Positions 39,461 through 51,700 of a stretch of DNA of 64,000 nt are shown piece after piece (the stretch's first letter is position 1; the number at the start of each line of letters is the position of its first letter). The stretch is from Squalus acanthias (Eukaryota). The stretch spans positions 108,812,001 to 108,876,000 of the forward strand of contig CM059432.1 in the NCBI GenBank assembly GCA_030390025.1, read 5' to 3'. The notes beneath the pieces are model-generated. The model was not told the DNA's origin. It ran no database searches and was given only the letters and a program-made list of their open reading frames with translations. The translations under genes and the position numbers were made by a program.

Positions 39461-39672
39461 TACTATGATGTTTCTGCCATTCCCATTTACACCTCTTCTA
39501 GACTCATCTTTTGTTTGTTTTCTTGTCCCATTACCATCTCCTTTTGCTTTGTGCTATCATCCCTTTTGTCATTTAATCACTCCTGCCTCCCACCCTATCC
39601 CTTTTGTTCTTTCCTCCCCTCCCCACTTTCCATGCCCCTGCCTCTTCCTCTGTTACATCTCTAACTTTTTCC

Positions 39673-39709
39673 AGTTCTGACGAAAGGTCATCGACCTGAA
39701 ACGTTAACT
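39673..39709 (+). ncRNA. Minimal type I hammerhead ribozyme motif at the Penelope element end
   Basis: AGTT-CTGACGA-A-AGGTC(ATC)GACCT-GAAA-C-GTT-AACT: both core boxes, 5-bp stem II, 4-bp stem I, and a palindromic ACGT in place of stem III. Confidence 0.82.
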
Positions 39710-40157
39710 TTGTTTCTCTCTTCACAGATGCTGCCTGACCTGCTGAGTATTTCCAGCATTTTCTGTTTCTATATAAATGCAAGTTGTTGTTGTAATTATA
39801 TGTTTAGTTTCAAGACTTAACATATCATTAGTTGGTTTAAAACCTCAGACAGTACCTCTGGGTGAGAGAAGTTAACTCTTTCATGGGGTTGGTGGTGCAA
39901 ACCTTGTGGCTTATCAACCGGAGCTTCATGGAAAGCACCCACTAGGATCCATTTAATCTGTGGTCATTTATAGACCAATGAATTAAGCTTGAATTTGTAA
40001 TTAAAAGCTCAAATTCTGGAGTGCTGGAGTCCAGTTGGGAGACCCAGTCCCAGTAGGAGAATAGGAACGTTTCAAATTAAGGCTGCCCCTTTCCGGGAGC
40101 TGTGCGAAAGATGATTGTATGGAGTGTCACACTTTGGGGAGCTGATTGGATGGACTA

Positions 40158-41152
40158 TAATTCCCCGTTTTTTCTCTACCACCTTTTTTAAATAGTGGGG
40201 TTACATTAGCTACCCTCCAATCCATGGGAACTGTTCCAGAGTCTATAGAATTTTGAAGATGACCAGCAATGCATCTACTATTTCTCGGGCCACTTTCTTA
40301 ATTACCCTAGGATGTAGATTATCAGGCCCTGGGGATTTATCAGCCTGCAATCCCGTCAATTTCCCTAACACCATTTCCCTACAAATAGTGATTTCATTCA
40401 ATTCCTCCCTCTCATTAGACCCTATGTTCCCCGACATCTCTGGGAGTTTATTTGTGTCCTTCTTTGTGAAGACAGAACCAAAGTATGTATTTAATTGGTC
40501 TGCCATTTCTTTGTTCCCCATTATAAATTCCCCTGATTCTGACTGCGAGGGACCTACGCTTGACTTCACCAATCTTTTTCTCTTCACATATCTATAGAAG
40601 CTTTTACAGTCAGTTTTTATGTTCCCTGCAAGCTTACTCTCATATTCTATTTTCCCCCACTTAATTAATCCCTTTGTCCTCCTTTGCTGAATCCTAAACT
40701 GCTCCCAATCCTCAGGTTTGCTGCTTTTTCTCTCCAATTTATTTGTCCTCTCCTTGGATCTTATGCTATCCCTAATTTCTCTTGTTAGCCACGGTTAAGT
40801 CACCTTTTTTGTTTTATTTTTAGGCCAAACAGGGATGAACAAATTCTGTAGTTTATCCATGTGATCTTTAAATGTTTGCCATTGCCTATCCACCATCAAC
40901 CCTTTAAGTAACGCTCCCCAATCCATTCTAGCCAATTCGCGCCTCATACCATCGTAGTTTCCTTTATTTAAATTCAGGACCCTAGTCTCTGATTCAACTA
41001 CTTCACTCTCCATCTTAATGAAGAATTCTCTCATATTATGATCGCTCCTCCCCAAGGGGCCTCGCACAACAAGATTGCTAATTAATCCTTTCTCATTACA
41101 TAATACCCAGACTAAGATGGCCTGATCTCTAGTTGGTTCCTCGACATATTGG
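40158..41152 (-). mobile_element. Internal CR1 ORF2 fragment with no 3' tail, inside a minisatellite
   Basis: QYVEEPTR..LGRSDH (end of the endonuclease domain) through KSPGPDNLHPRV to the start of RT. Both junctions abut 31-bp repeat units. Confidence 0.9.
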
Positions 41153-41813
41153 TACTGTGGGGAGCTGATTGGACGGACTATCACTGTGGGGAACTGATTG
41201 GATGGACTTCAACACTGTGGGGAGCTGATTGGATGGACTGTCACACTGTGGGGAGCTGATTGGATGGACAGTCACACTGTGGGGAACTGATTGGATGGAC
41301 AGTCACACTGTGGGGAACTGATTGGATGGACAGTCACACTGTGGTGAACTGATTGGATGGACAGTCACACTGTGGGGAACTGATTGGATGGATTGTCACA
41401 CTGTGGGGAGCTGATTGGATGGACTGTCACACTGTGGGGAGCTGATTGGATGGACTGTCACACTGTGGGGAACTGATTGGATGGACTGTCACACTGGGGA
41501 ACTGATTGGATGGACTGTCACACTGTGGGGAACTGATTGGATGGACTGTCACACTGTGGGGAGCTGATTGGATGGACTGTCACACTGTGGGGAGCTGATT
41601 GGATGGACTGTCACACTGTGGGGAACTGATTGGATGGACTGTCACACTGGGGAACTGATTGGATGGACTGTCACACTGTGGGGAACTGATTGGATGGACT
41701 GTCACACTGTGGGGAACTGATTGGATGGACTGTCACACTGTGGGGAACTGATTGGATGGACTTCAACACTGTGGGGAGCTGATTGGATGGACTGTCACAC
41801 TGTGGGGAGCTGA
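41153..41813. repeat. 31-bp minisatellite, left block (actgtggggaactgattggatggactgtcac)
   Basis: About 21 tandem copies. Degenerate seed copies at ~40095-40157. Confidence 0.97.
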
Positions 41814-43599
41814 TCCAAAAGTCGTAATGGGGAACAAGGAAATGGCAGATCAATTGAACAAGTACTTTGGTTCGGTGTTTACTGTGGAGGACACACACAA
41901 CCTGCCGGAAATAAAAGGGGTCAGAGGATCTGGTAAGAGGGAGGAGCTGAGGGAAATCCTTATTAGTCGGGAAAAGGTATTGGGGAAATTGATGGGACTG
42001 AAGGCTGAAAAATCCCCGGGGCCTGATGGTCTGCATCCCAGAGTACTTAAGGAGGTGGCCTTGGAAATAGTGGATGCATTGACGATCATTTTCCAACATT
42101 CCTTAGACTCTGGATCAGTTCCGATGGAGTGGAGGGTGGCCAATGTAACCCCTCTTTTTAAAAAAGGAGGGAGGGAGAAAGCAGGGAATTATAGACCGGT
42201 CAGCCTGACATCGGTCGTGGGTAAAATGATGGAAGCAATTATTAAAGATGTCATAACAGACCATTTGGAAAGTGGCGACATGATAGGTCCAAGTCAGCAT
42301 GGATTTGTGAAAGGGAAATCATGCTTGACAAATCTTCTGGAATTTTTTGAGGATGTTTCCAATAGGGTGGACAGGGGGGAACCAGTAGATGTGGTGTATT
42401 TGGACTTTCAGAAGGCCTTCGACAAGGTCCCACACAAGAGATTGGTGAGCAAAGTTAAAGCACATGGGATTGGGGGTAATGTGTTGACGTGGATTGAGAA
42501 CTGGTTGGCACACAGGAAACAAAGAGTAGGAGTAAATGGGTACTTTTCAGAATGGCAGGCAGTGACCAGCGGGGTACCGCAGGGTTCGGTGCTGGGACCC
42601 CAGCTGTTTACATTATATATTAATGATTTGGACGAAGGGATTAAATGTAATATTTCCAAATTTGCGGATGACACTAAATTGGGAGGCATTGTGAACAATG
42701 AGGAGGATGCTAGGAGGCTACAGAGTGACTTGGACAGGTTGGGTGAATGGGCAAATGTATGGCAGATGAAGTACAATGTGGATAAATGTGAGGTTATCCA
42801 CTTTGGTGGTAAAAATAGAGAGGCGGACTATTACCTGAATGGTGGCAGATTAGGGAAAGGGGACGTGCAACGAGACCTGGGCGTCATGGTACATCAGTCA
42901 CTGAAGGTGGGAATGCAAGTGCAGCAGGCAGTCAAGAAAGCAAACGGAATGATGGCCTTCATAGCAAGGGGATTTGAGTACAGGAGTAGGGAGGTGATGC
43001 TACAGTTGTACAGGGCCTTGGTGAGGCCACACCTGGAGTATTGTGCGCAGTTTTGGTCTCCTAACTTAAGGAAGGACATTCTTGCTATTGAGGGAGTGCA
43101 GCGAAGGTTCACTAGATTGATTCCTGGGATGGCCGGACTGACATATCAAGAAAGATTGGGTCAACTGAACTTGTATCCTCTGGAGTTCAGAAGAATGAGG
43201 GGGGATCTTATAGAGACATTTAAAATCCTGACTGGTTTAGACAAATTAGATGCGGGCAGAATGTTCCCAATGGTAGGGAAAACTAGAACCAGGGGTCACA
43301 GTCTAAGGATTAAGGGGAAGCCATTTAGGACTGAGCTGAGGAGGAACTTCTTCACCCAGAGAGTGGTGAATCTATGGAATTCTCTTCCACAGAAGGTTGT
43401 TGAGGCCAGTTCGCTAAATATATTCAAAAGGGAGTTAGATATAACACTCACAACTAAGGGGATCAAGGGGTATGGCGAGAAAGCAGGAATGGGGTACTGA
43501 GGTAGCATGTTCAGCCATGAACGCATTGAATGGCGGTGCAGGCTCGAAGGACCGAATGGTCTACTCCTGTACCTATTTTCTATGTTTCTATGTTTCTAT
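41814..43599 (+). mobile_element. Young 5'-truncated CR1 with an uninterrupted RT-to-stop ORF
   Basis: Open frame to the stop at 43500 with all RT motifs, a 3' UTR and a (tatgtttc)n tail. Confidence 0.96.
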
Positions 43600-45011
43600 G
43601 ATTGGATGGACAGTCACACTGTGGGGAACTGATTGGATGGACTGTCACACTGTGGGGAACTGATTGGATGGACAGTCACACTGTGGGGAGCTGATTGGAT
43701 GGATAGTCACACTGTGGGGAACTGATTGGATGGATAGTCACACTGTGGGGAACTGATTGGATGGACTGTCCCACTGTGGGGAGCTGATTGGATGGACTGT
43801 CACACTGTGGGGAGCTGATTGGATGGACTGTCACACTGTGGGGAACTGATTGGATGGACAGTCACACTGTGGGGAACTGATTGAATGGACAGTCACACTG
43901 TGGGGAACTGATTGGATGGACTGTCACACTGTGGGGAGCTGATTGGATGGAATGTCACACTGTGGGGAACTGATTGGATGGACTGTCACACTGTGGGGAG
44001 CTGATTGGATGGACTGTCACACTGTGGGGAGCTGATTGGATGGACTGTCACACTGTGGGGAACTGATTGGATGGACTGTCACACTGTGGGGAGCTGATTG
44101 GATGGACTGTCACACTGTGGGGAACTGATTGGATGGACTGTCACACTGGGGAGCTGATTGGATGGAATGTCACACTGTGGGGAACTGATTGGATGGACTG
44201 TCACACTGTGGGGAACTGATTGGATGGACAATCACACTGTGGGGAACTGATTGGATGGACTGTCACACTGTGGGGAACTGATTGGATGGACAATCACACT
44301 GTGGGGAACTGATTGGATGGACTGTCACACTGTGGGGAACTGATTGGATGGACAATCACACTGTGGGGAACTGATTGGATGGACTGTCACACTGTGGGGA
44401 ACTGATTGGATGGACAATCACACTGTGGGGAACTGATTGGATGGACTGTCACACTGTGGGGAGCTGATTGGATGGAATGTCACACTGTGGGGAACTGATT
44501 GGATGGACTGTCACACTGTGGGTAACTGATTGGATGGACAGTCACACTGTGGGGAACTGATTGGATGGACAATCACACTGTGGGGAGCTGATTGGATGGA
44601 CTGTCACACTGTGGGGAGCTGATTGGATGGACAATCACACTGTGGGGAACTGATTGGATGGACTGTCACACTGTGGGGAACTGATTGAATGGACAGTCAC
44701 ACTGTGGGGAACTGATTGGATGGACAGTCACACTGTGGGGAACTGATTGAATGGATAGTCACACTGTGGGGAACTGATTGGATGGACAATCACACTGTGG
44801 GGAACTGATTGGATGGACTGTCACACTGTGGGGAGCTGATTGGATGGAATGTCACACTGTGGGGAACTGATTGGATGGACTGTCACACTGTGGGGAACTG
44901 ATTGGATGGACAGTCACACTGTGGGGAGCTGATTGGATGGACAGTCGCACTGTGGGGAACTGATTGGAATGACTGTCACACTGTGGGGAGCTGATTGGAT
45001 GGACTGTCACA
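43600..45011. repeat. 31-bp minisatellite, right block
   Basis: About 45 tandem copies of the same unit. Confidence 0.97.
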
Positions 45012-45359
45012 CCCTCCTCAACAAAGGAAGCTACCGTGAAGGGAATCTATAATAAGGATCTTCAGCACAAAAATTCTTTGACTCTGACTTTCCACAGGGA
45101 TTCTCCGGATCTCCTGCTGTATGTTCAGCCAGTGATCAGTAGAACCCCTGGAGAGCTGTCATAAATGGTCAAAAATGGCCATTGATACTGATGTTCTGAC
45201 AGTTCCGCTGAACTCTGCCAAAGTTGCAATGGCAAATTGGAAAAACCCTCATAGAAATTCAGGGCCTTTGTCCTTTCTCTAATGTCAACAAGTGGCATCA
45301 CATACTTTGCACTGGGACCAGTCGGCATTTATTGCTAAATTGCAATGGAACTTTGTGGA

Positions 45360-45650
45360 CGAAGATCATCTAAGATATCAGCTGGAAGAATAGAGTGACC
45401 AACATTGATGTGATATGAAACAACCTGCACGCCATAATAGATAATAGTATGGTGAGGACATTACAATGAAGATGATACGTATGCTGTTTGGCCACATATT
45501 GGTCCCCTCAGAAGATGTTGACTTGGGTCCCAGCTGGGAAAAGACTACATGGAAAGTCAATGTTGGCATGGTGGGACAGCATGTGGAAAATCTGGAAAGG
45601 AGGAGTATCTACTCCAACTACAATGAAGTGCCACATTTCCTCCATTAATA
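45360..45650 (+). mobile_element. Ancient RTE-like LINE C-terminal remnant
   Basis: ISWKNRVTNIDV, FGHI and PQKMLTWVPAGKRLHGKSMLAWWD resemble RTE-clade ORF ends. Confidence 0.5.
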
Positions 45651-46400
45651 AAACTACCTCCAAGACACTTTTTTTCTTTTATGCTAAATATTCTTTTACT
45701 TTTGAACGATTATTTTCCCCTGATCAACTCTTCCCTGTCTACAAGCCCAAGTTCATCCAAGAGTTGACTACTGCTCCCACATCTGGGCAGCTGTTCCACA
45801 CCTAGACAAAATATAAGCAGAAGCTTGTCATCCTACCTCAAAACTATGGAACTCTGGAACTTCTGCAATTTGCAACCTTTTAAAACCCAAGCTTAGCATT
45901 ATCTAATCACTACCTTACCGTCTGACCTACTGATACCAACCTTGGAGGTGTCCTGCATTGTGGGCCGTGGCCCTTCATCTAGATTTCACAATTTAAAAAA
46001 AAAACTTTAGTGTTGTGTTTGAAAACTGTACAGAAAGCTAATGGCAGCCAGAGGGATGCAATAGTGAGGTTGTATCATATGATTTAGTGTTGGGGTGCGA
46101 CACGGCATTATTAGCTAACAAAGCATTGGGAAACCACTCTCAGCCAAGTGTTGGGCCTGTTTGAAGAAGCCCAAATGTTATATTCACTTTACTCAGACTT
46201 CTTAACTTCTACTGTGACCACTTTCTCTTAATCCTGTGTTTAAAAATATTTAAAGCTTAGAAATTAATGTTGGTAATATTAGTGGATAAAAAGCTTAAGA
46301 TATTCATAAAATATTCCTCTCTCTAATTTTAAAGGAGATATTAACCCATTTAAAATAGATTAAATCCTCCATTAAAATAGCAGAGAATGTCATACCAAAA

Positions 46401-46955
46401 CAAGAACAAATTGCATTTATATACCACCTTTAATGTAGAAAAACATTCCAAGGTGGTTTATAGAGGCACAATCAGACAAAAAATAATGCTGAGCCAAAGA
46501 AGGAGATATTAGGAGCAGTGACTAAAAGATTGGTCAAAAAGGTGGGTTTTAAAGTCTTCAATGAGGAGAGGAAGGTGGCGAGGTTTAGGAAGGAAATTCC
46601 AGAACATGGGACCTAGACGGCTGAAGGCACATCTGCCAGTGGCAGGGTGAAGGGAGGGGAGATGCACAAGAGGGCAGAGTCAGAAGAATGCAGAGTTTGG
46701 GGGGGTGGGGGGGTGGTTGTAAAACTGGAGGAGATTACAGAGACAGGAAGGTTTGAGAATGTAAGGGTATTTAAACACAAGGATCAAAATTTTCAATTTG
46801 AGACATTGGGGACTGAGAGCCACTGTAAGTCAGCAATTACGGGTGCTGAATGAGCAGCACTTGGTCTGGAATAGGACACGGCAGCATAGTTTTGGATGAG
46901 CTGAAGTTTATGGAAGGTGGAAGATTGGAGGCCGGCCTGGAGAACATTAGTGTAG
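46401..46955 (-). mobile_element. L2 LINE 3' end
   Basis: HKLQLIQNYAA..APVIADLQWLSV, and a tail of the type shared with the SINEs. Confidence 0.8.
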
Positions 46956-47854
46956 CAATAACACAATGGTCCGGATTTTGCAGTGGGTAATGACGACGAA
47001 CTGTCAGCGTCTGCCTTTCTCTCTGTTTTCACTCTATCTTTTTATTGTCTTTTATTTCTTTGATCTCATTTTTAAAAATTTAATTGTATTTTAAGTAGGT
47101 GCGGATTTGAGGGGCCAAATGGCCTCTTAATCTGCTGTAACATTTGATGATCCTATAAATAGCGGATTTTCCAGCTGAAGTTGAAGTTGCCGGGCTTGAT
47201 AAGCATCAATGAAGAGCAAATTGGAAAATTGGCTTGGATTGATCAGCAGGTAGAATGGGTAATGATGCCAGGGTTTTATAGTAGACAGAGGTACAGAAGT
47301 GGCACTATCAAGACTGAGGAGAGAGTCTGGGAGAAGATTAGAGGGAGTGAAGACAGAAGCTCTCATCTCATTTACTGTCAAAAGGAGTGTCTGTAATTGT
47401 GCCCAGCTCAATGTTCTGCTCAGCAACACAGAACATGTGAGGGTCATAACAGCTGCTGTTCCCTTTGGAGTTGCAGTACTCTTCCTAGAATGTTTCAGCA
47501 CTGAAATAGGCCATTCAGCCCATCAAGTCTGCACCAGTCTTTCTCTCCACATAAGCCACCTAGTCCAATCCTACTAGCCCTACTCAATCCCCATGCCCTT
47601 TAATATTTCTCTATCTCAAGCAAATGTTGAATTCACTTTTAAAAAGTACTTATGTACTCTACTTCAACAACAGTTTGTGGCAGAGAATTCCAAATAACTA
47701 AACTTTTTTAAATGTAATAATTATAATGAGATACCGAAGTCAAAATATTAATTTGCAATATTGACACCAAAGTTGTGTAGAGCTATTACAAATACAGTAA
47801 TGAATAAACAGGGACAAGCTGATTGAAGGCGAGGGAGTCCTTTCAAGACTTTAA

Positions 47855-48747
47855 GGGGTAAAAATTCAGTTGGTTGCGCCTCCCGTTAGCGCCTTAAGAG
47901 GGCGCTAATGGGGCGCAAAGCCGCTAACGCCCGGGTGCAGCGATGTTTGCGCCGCTCGGGAACTTAACTAGACATTGTGCGGCGGCGCTAAACTTTACCG
48001 CTGCGACCACCTGCGCGCGCAGATTGTGACGTCATTCCATGGTGCAACGCCCTTGTGGCGCCCCGGAGCGGAAATTGAGTGGCGCCCCCTGCCTTACCGC
48101 CTGACGCTAGCAACGACAGGTTGAGGGGAGCGTTCTGCAGTCATGAAGGGAAAGGGGGAGCGCTATTTAAAGGTGACCGCTTCCTGCCTTTTATTGTTGG
48201 TGGCATTTTTGAACTACGCATTCTGAGAGAGAGAGGGAGAGACTCCTGGAGAGATTCAACGTTGTGTGAAGGAGTTTTGGGTACTGAGCAGCACTTTGCA
48301 GGTTCATTTTGATTTGCCATTCCTTGTATCGATTTAGCAGAGACTGTGGGAGCTGCACTCTGAGCTCTTTGCCTGGTACTCTCCATTGTTCTTTCCAGCA
48401 CATTTGATGTGCAAGTCTCTCCAGGCCGAGATTCAAGGCTGCAATGAACAGGATGTGGATGGAAAGCAAGATTAACCATCCCCTTTAAGAACTGGCCCGT
48501 GCCATTGTGTGTGTGTTCCATTGCTGACTGACATTACATGAGCTTCGCCAGCGCTCTGAGTTAGCGCCTCACTCCTTGGCCTTTGCGCCTTAAGACAGGT
48601 GTGCAGCGCCTGATTTAGCGCTCCACTCACCTCCCGGGGCGGTAAAAGTGAAGTTTCCAGTCAGTGGCGATAATTAGCGCCAGGCGCTAATATTTGCGTC
48701 CAGACGATATTTGCGCCCCAAATGGGGCGCGACCTAATTTTTACCCC
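47855..48747 (+). mobile_element. 893-bp non-autonomous derivative of the 16754-20830 Harbinger
   Basis: Perfect TIRs GGGGTAAAAATT / AATTTTTACCCC and a TAA TSD. Ends are nearly identical to the full-length element. Confidence 0.95.
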
Positions 48748-48750
48748 TAA

Positions 48751-51700
48751 GTCTTTAAATATAGTCTTTAAATGAAGGGTACTTCTGAGTCTTTTAAATA
48801 AAGGTTACTACTTAGTCTTTTAAATAGTTTGTTAGATAAAGGGATGACAGGAATGGCAGGGCAGCTCAGTCTAGCAGAGTGCACATCCTGTGGCATGTGG
48901 AAAGTCATGGACACTTCGCGTTGCATGGATGACTACATGTGCAGTAAGTGTCACCAGCTTCAAAGACTCGAGCGACGGTTTACGGACCTTGAGCGGCGAC
49001 TGGAGTCACTGTGGTGCATCCGCGAGGCTGAGAACTACGTGGATAGCACGTTTAGTGAGGTGGTCACCCCGCAGACTAAAAGAGAGTGGACAGAGAGCAA
49101 GTGGGTGACCACCAGACATAAGAAGACCAGGCAGGCAGTGCAGGAGGCCCCAGAGGGCATCTCACTCTCCAACCGGTATTGTATTCTGAGTACTGGTGGG
49201 GACAATGGTCCCTCTGAGGAGTGCAGTCATAGCCAAGTCCTCGGCAGCACGGGTGGCTCCGCTGCACAGGGGGGGAGGAAAAATAGTGAAAGAGCAATAG
49301 TGGTAGGGGATTCAATAGAAAGGGGAGCAGACAGGCGTTTTTGCAGCCGCAGACGTGACTCCAGGATGGTATGTTGCCTCCCTGGTGCCAGGGTCAAGGA
49401 TGTCACCGAACGGCTGCAGAGCATTCTGGGGGGAGACGGTGAACAGCCAGATGTCGTGGTCCATATCGGTACCAATGACATAGGTAGAAAGAGGGATGAG
49501 GTCCTGCAGGCAGAGTTTAGGGAGCTGGGAGTCAGATTTTAAAACAGGACCACAAAAGTAGTTCTTCTCTTCTTAGGCAGTCCCTCGGAACCGAGGATGA
49601 CTTGCTTCCACATTAAAAATGAGTTTGCAGGTGACTGATGAGTCCAATGCGGGACCTACAGTCTCTGTCACAGGTGGGGCACACGGTGGTTGAAGGGGCG
49701 GGTGTGTTGGGTGCTAGGGTTGACGTGCACTCCTTGCGCTGCTTGCGCTTGGCTTTCGCTTGCTCCTGGCGAAGAGACTCGAGGTGTTCGGCGCCTTCCC
49801 GGATGCTTCTCCTCCACTTTGTGCAGTCTTGGGACAGGGATTCCCAGGTGTCAGTGGAGATGTTGCAATTTTTCAAGGAGGCTTTGAGGGTGTCCTTGAA
49901 GCGTTTCCTCTGCCCACCTGGGGCTCTCTTGCCGTGTCGGAGCTCTGAGTAGAGCACTTGTTTTGGGAGTCTCATATCGGGCATGCGGACGATGTGACCC
50001 GTCCATCGGAGCTGATCGAGCGTGGTCAAAGCTTCGATGCTGGGGATGTTGTTCTGAGCGAGAACACTGACGTTAATGCACCTATCCTGCCAATGGATTT
50101 GCAGGATCTTGCAGAGGCAGCGTTGGTGGTACCTCTCCAGTGCTTTGAGGTGCCTGCTGTACATGGTCCATGTCTCTGAGACATACAGCAGGGCGGGTAT
50201 CACTGCTGCTCTGTAGATCATGAGCTTAGTGCCGGGTTTGAGATCCTGGTCTTCAAACACTCTCTTCCTCAGGTGACCGAAGGCTGCACTGGCACACTGA
50301 AGGCGGTGTTGTACTTCATCATCGACGTCTCCCCTTGTTGACAGTAGGCTCCCGAGGTATGGAAAGTGGTCCACATTGTCCAAGGCCTTGTCATGGATTT
50401 TGATAATCGGGGGGGCAGTATTGTGTGGTGGGGGCAGGTTGGTAGAGGACCTTTGTCTTACGGATATTTAGTGTAAGGCCCATGCTCTCGTATGCTTCGG
50501 TGAAGGTGTTGACGATGGTTTGGAGTTCGACCTCCGAGTGAGCGCAGACGCAAGCGTCGTCTGCATACTGTAATTCGACGACAGAGGATGGGACGACCTT
50601 GGATCTGGACTGGCGGCGACGGAGGTTGAACAGTTTCCCATTTGTTCTGTAAATTAGCTCCACTCCAGCGGGGAGCTTACTGAGGGTGAGATGGAGCATT
50701 GCAGCAAGGAAGATCAAGAAGAGCGTTGGTGCGATGACACAGCCTTGCTTGACCCCGGTCCGTACGTGAATTGGGTCTGTGGTGGAACCGTTGGTCAGGA
50801 TCACGGCTTGCATGTCGTCGTGAAGCAGACGGAGGATGGTGACAAATTTTTGAGGGCAGCCGAATTTGAGGAGGACACTCCATAATCCCTCACGGTTGAC
50901 AGTGTCGAAGGCCTTTGTGAGGTCAAAGAAGGCCATGTACAGCGGTTGGTGCTGTTCCCTGCATTTCTCTTGTAATTGACGCGCGGTGAAGATCATGTCC
51001 ATTGTGCCCCATAGTGGGCAGAATCCGCATTGCGACTCTGGGAGGTGCTCTTCGGCCACTGGGAGAAGGCGATTGAGGAGGATTTTTGCGATGACTTTCC
51101 CTGTGGCAGACAGCAGGGAAACTCCTCTGTAATTACCGCAATCGGACTTGTCACCTTTCTTGAAGATGGTCACAATTACGGTGTCTCTGAGATCCCCTGG
51201 CATGCTCTCCTCCTTCCAGATAAGAGAAATGAATTTGCGCCAGTAGTGCTTCTCCACCATGCTTTAGTGCCTCGGCGGGGATTCCATCTGCTCCTGAGGC
51301 CTTGTTGTTCTTCAGTTGTCGGATGGCCTTTTCAACCTCATGCTGGGCTGGGGTTGTGCTGAGGTGCTGGCGGGTGGCATGCTGCGGGATATAGTTGAGG
51401 ACACTTGCGTCGAAGACAGAGTCTCGATTAACGAGATCTTCGAAGTGCTCCTTCCAGCGGGCACTGACTGCCTCTTTGTCCTTGATGAGTACCTCTCCGT
51501 TCTTGACCCGCAGTGGGGTAGGACCTTGGGTGCTTGGGCCTTACGTGGTCTTGACTGCGCTAAAGAATCCACGCACGTCGTGGTTGTCGACTAGCTGCTG
51601 GATCTCCTGCGCTTTTTCCACCCACCATCTGTTCTTTAGGTCGCGAGTTTTTTGTTGGACCTCGGCCTTCAGGCGTCTGCAGAGCTGCTTTGTTGCTCTC

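Larger units (their letters stand above)
36625..39770 (+). mobile_element. Penelope-like retroelement (RT + GIY-YIG), frameshifted, with nested CR1 insertions
   Basis: MDVQSLYTSIPH..LAELVLTLNNFSF..GVAMGTCMGPSYA (Penelope-type RT), CKRRRCNTC linker, and YIGETKRRLGDHFAEHLRSV..HF..RKLEEQHLIFRL (GIY-YIG endonuclease). Confidence 0.92.

Noticed and set aside
41153..45011. CRISPR-like regular ~31-bp repeats
   Set aside because: Head-to-tail units with no unique spacers, no cas genes, and a eukaryotic context.
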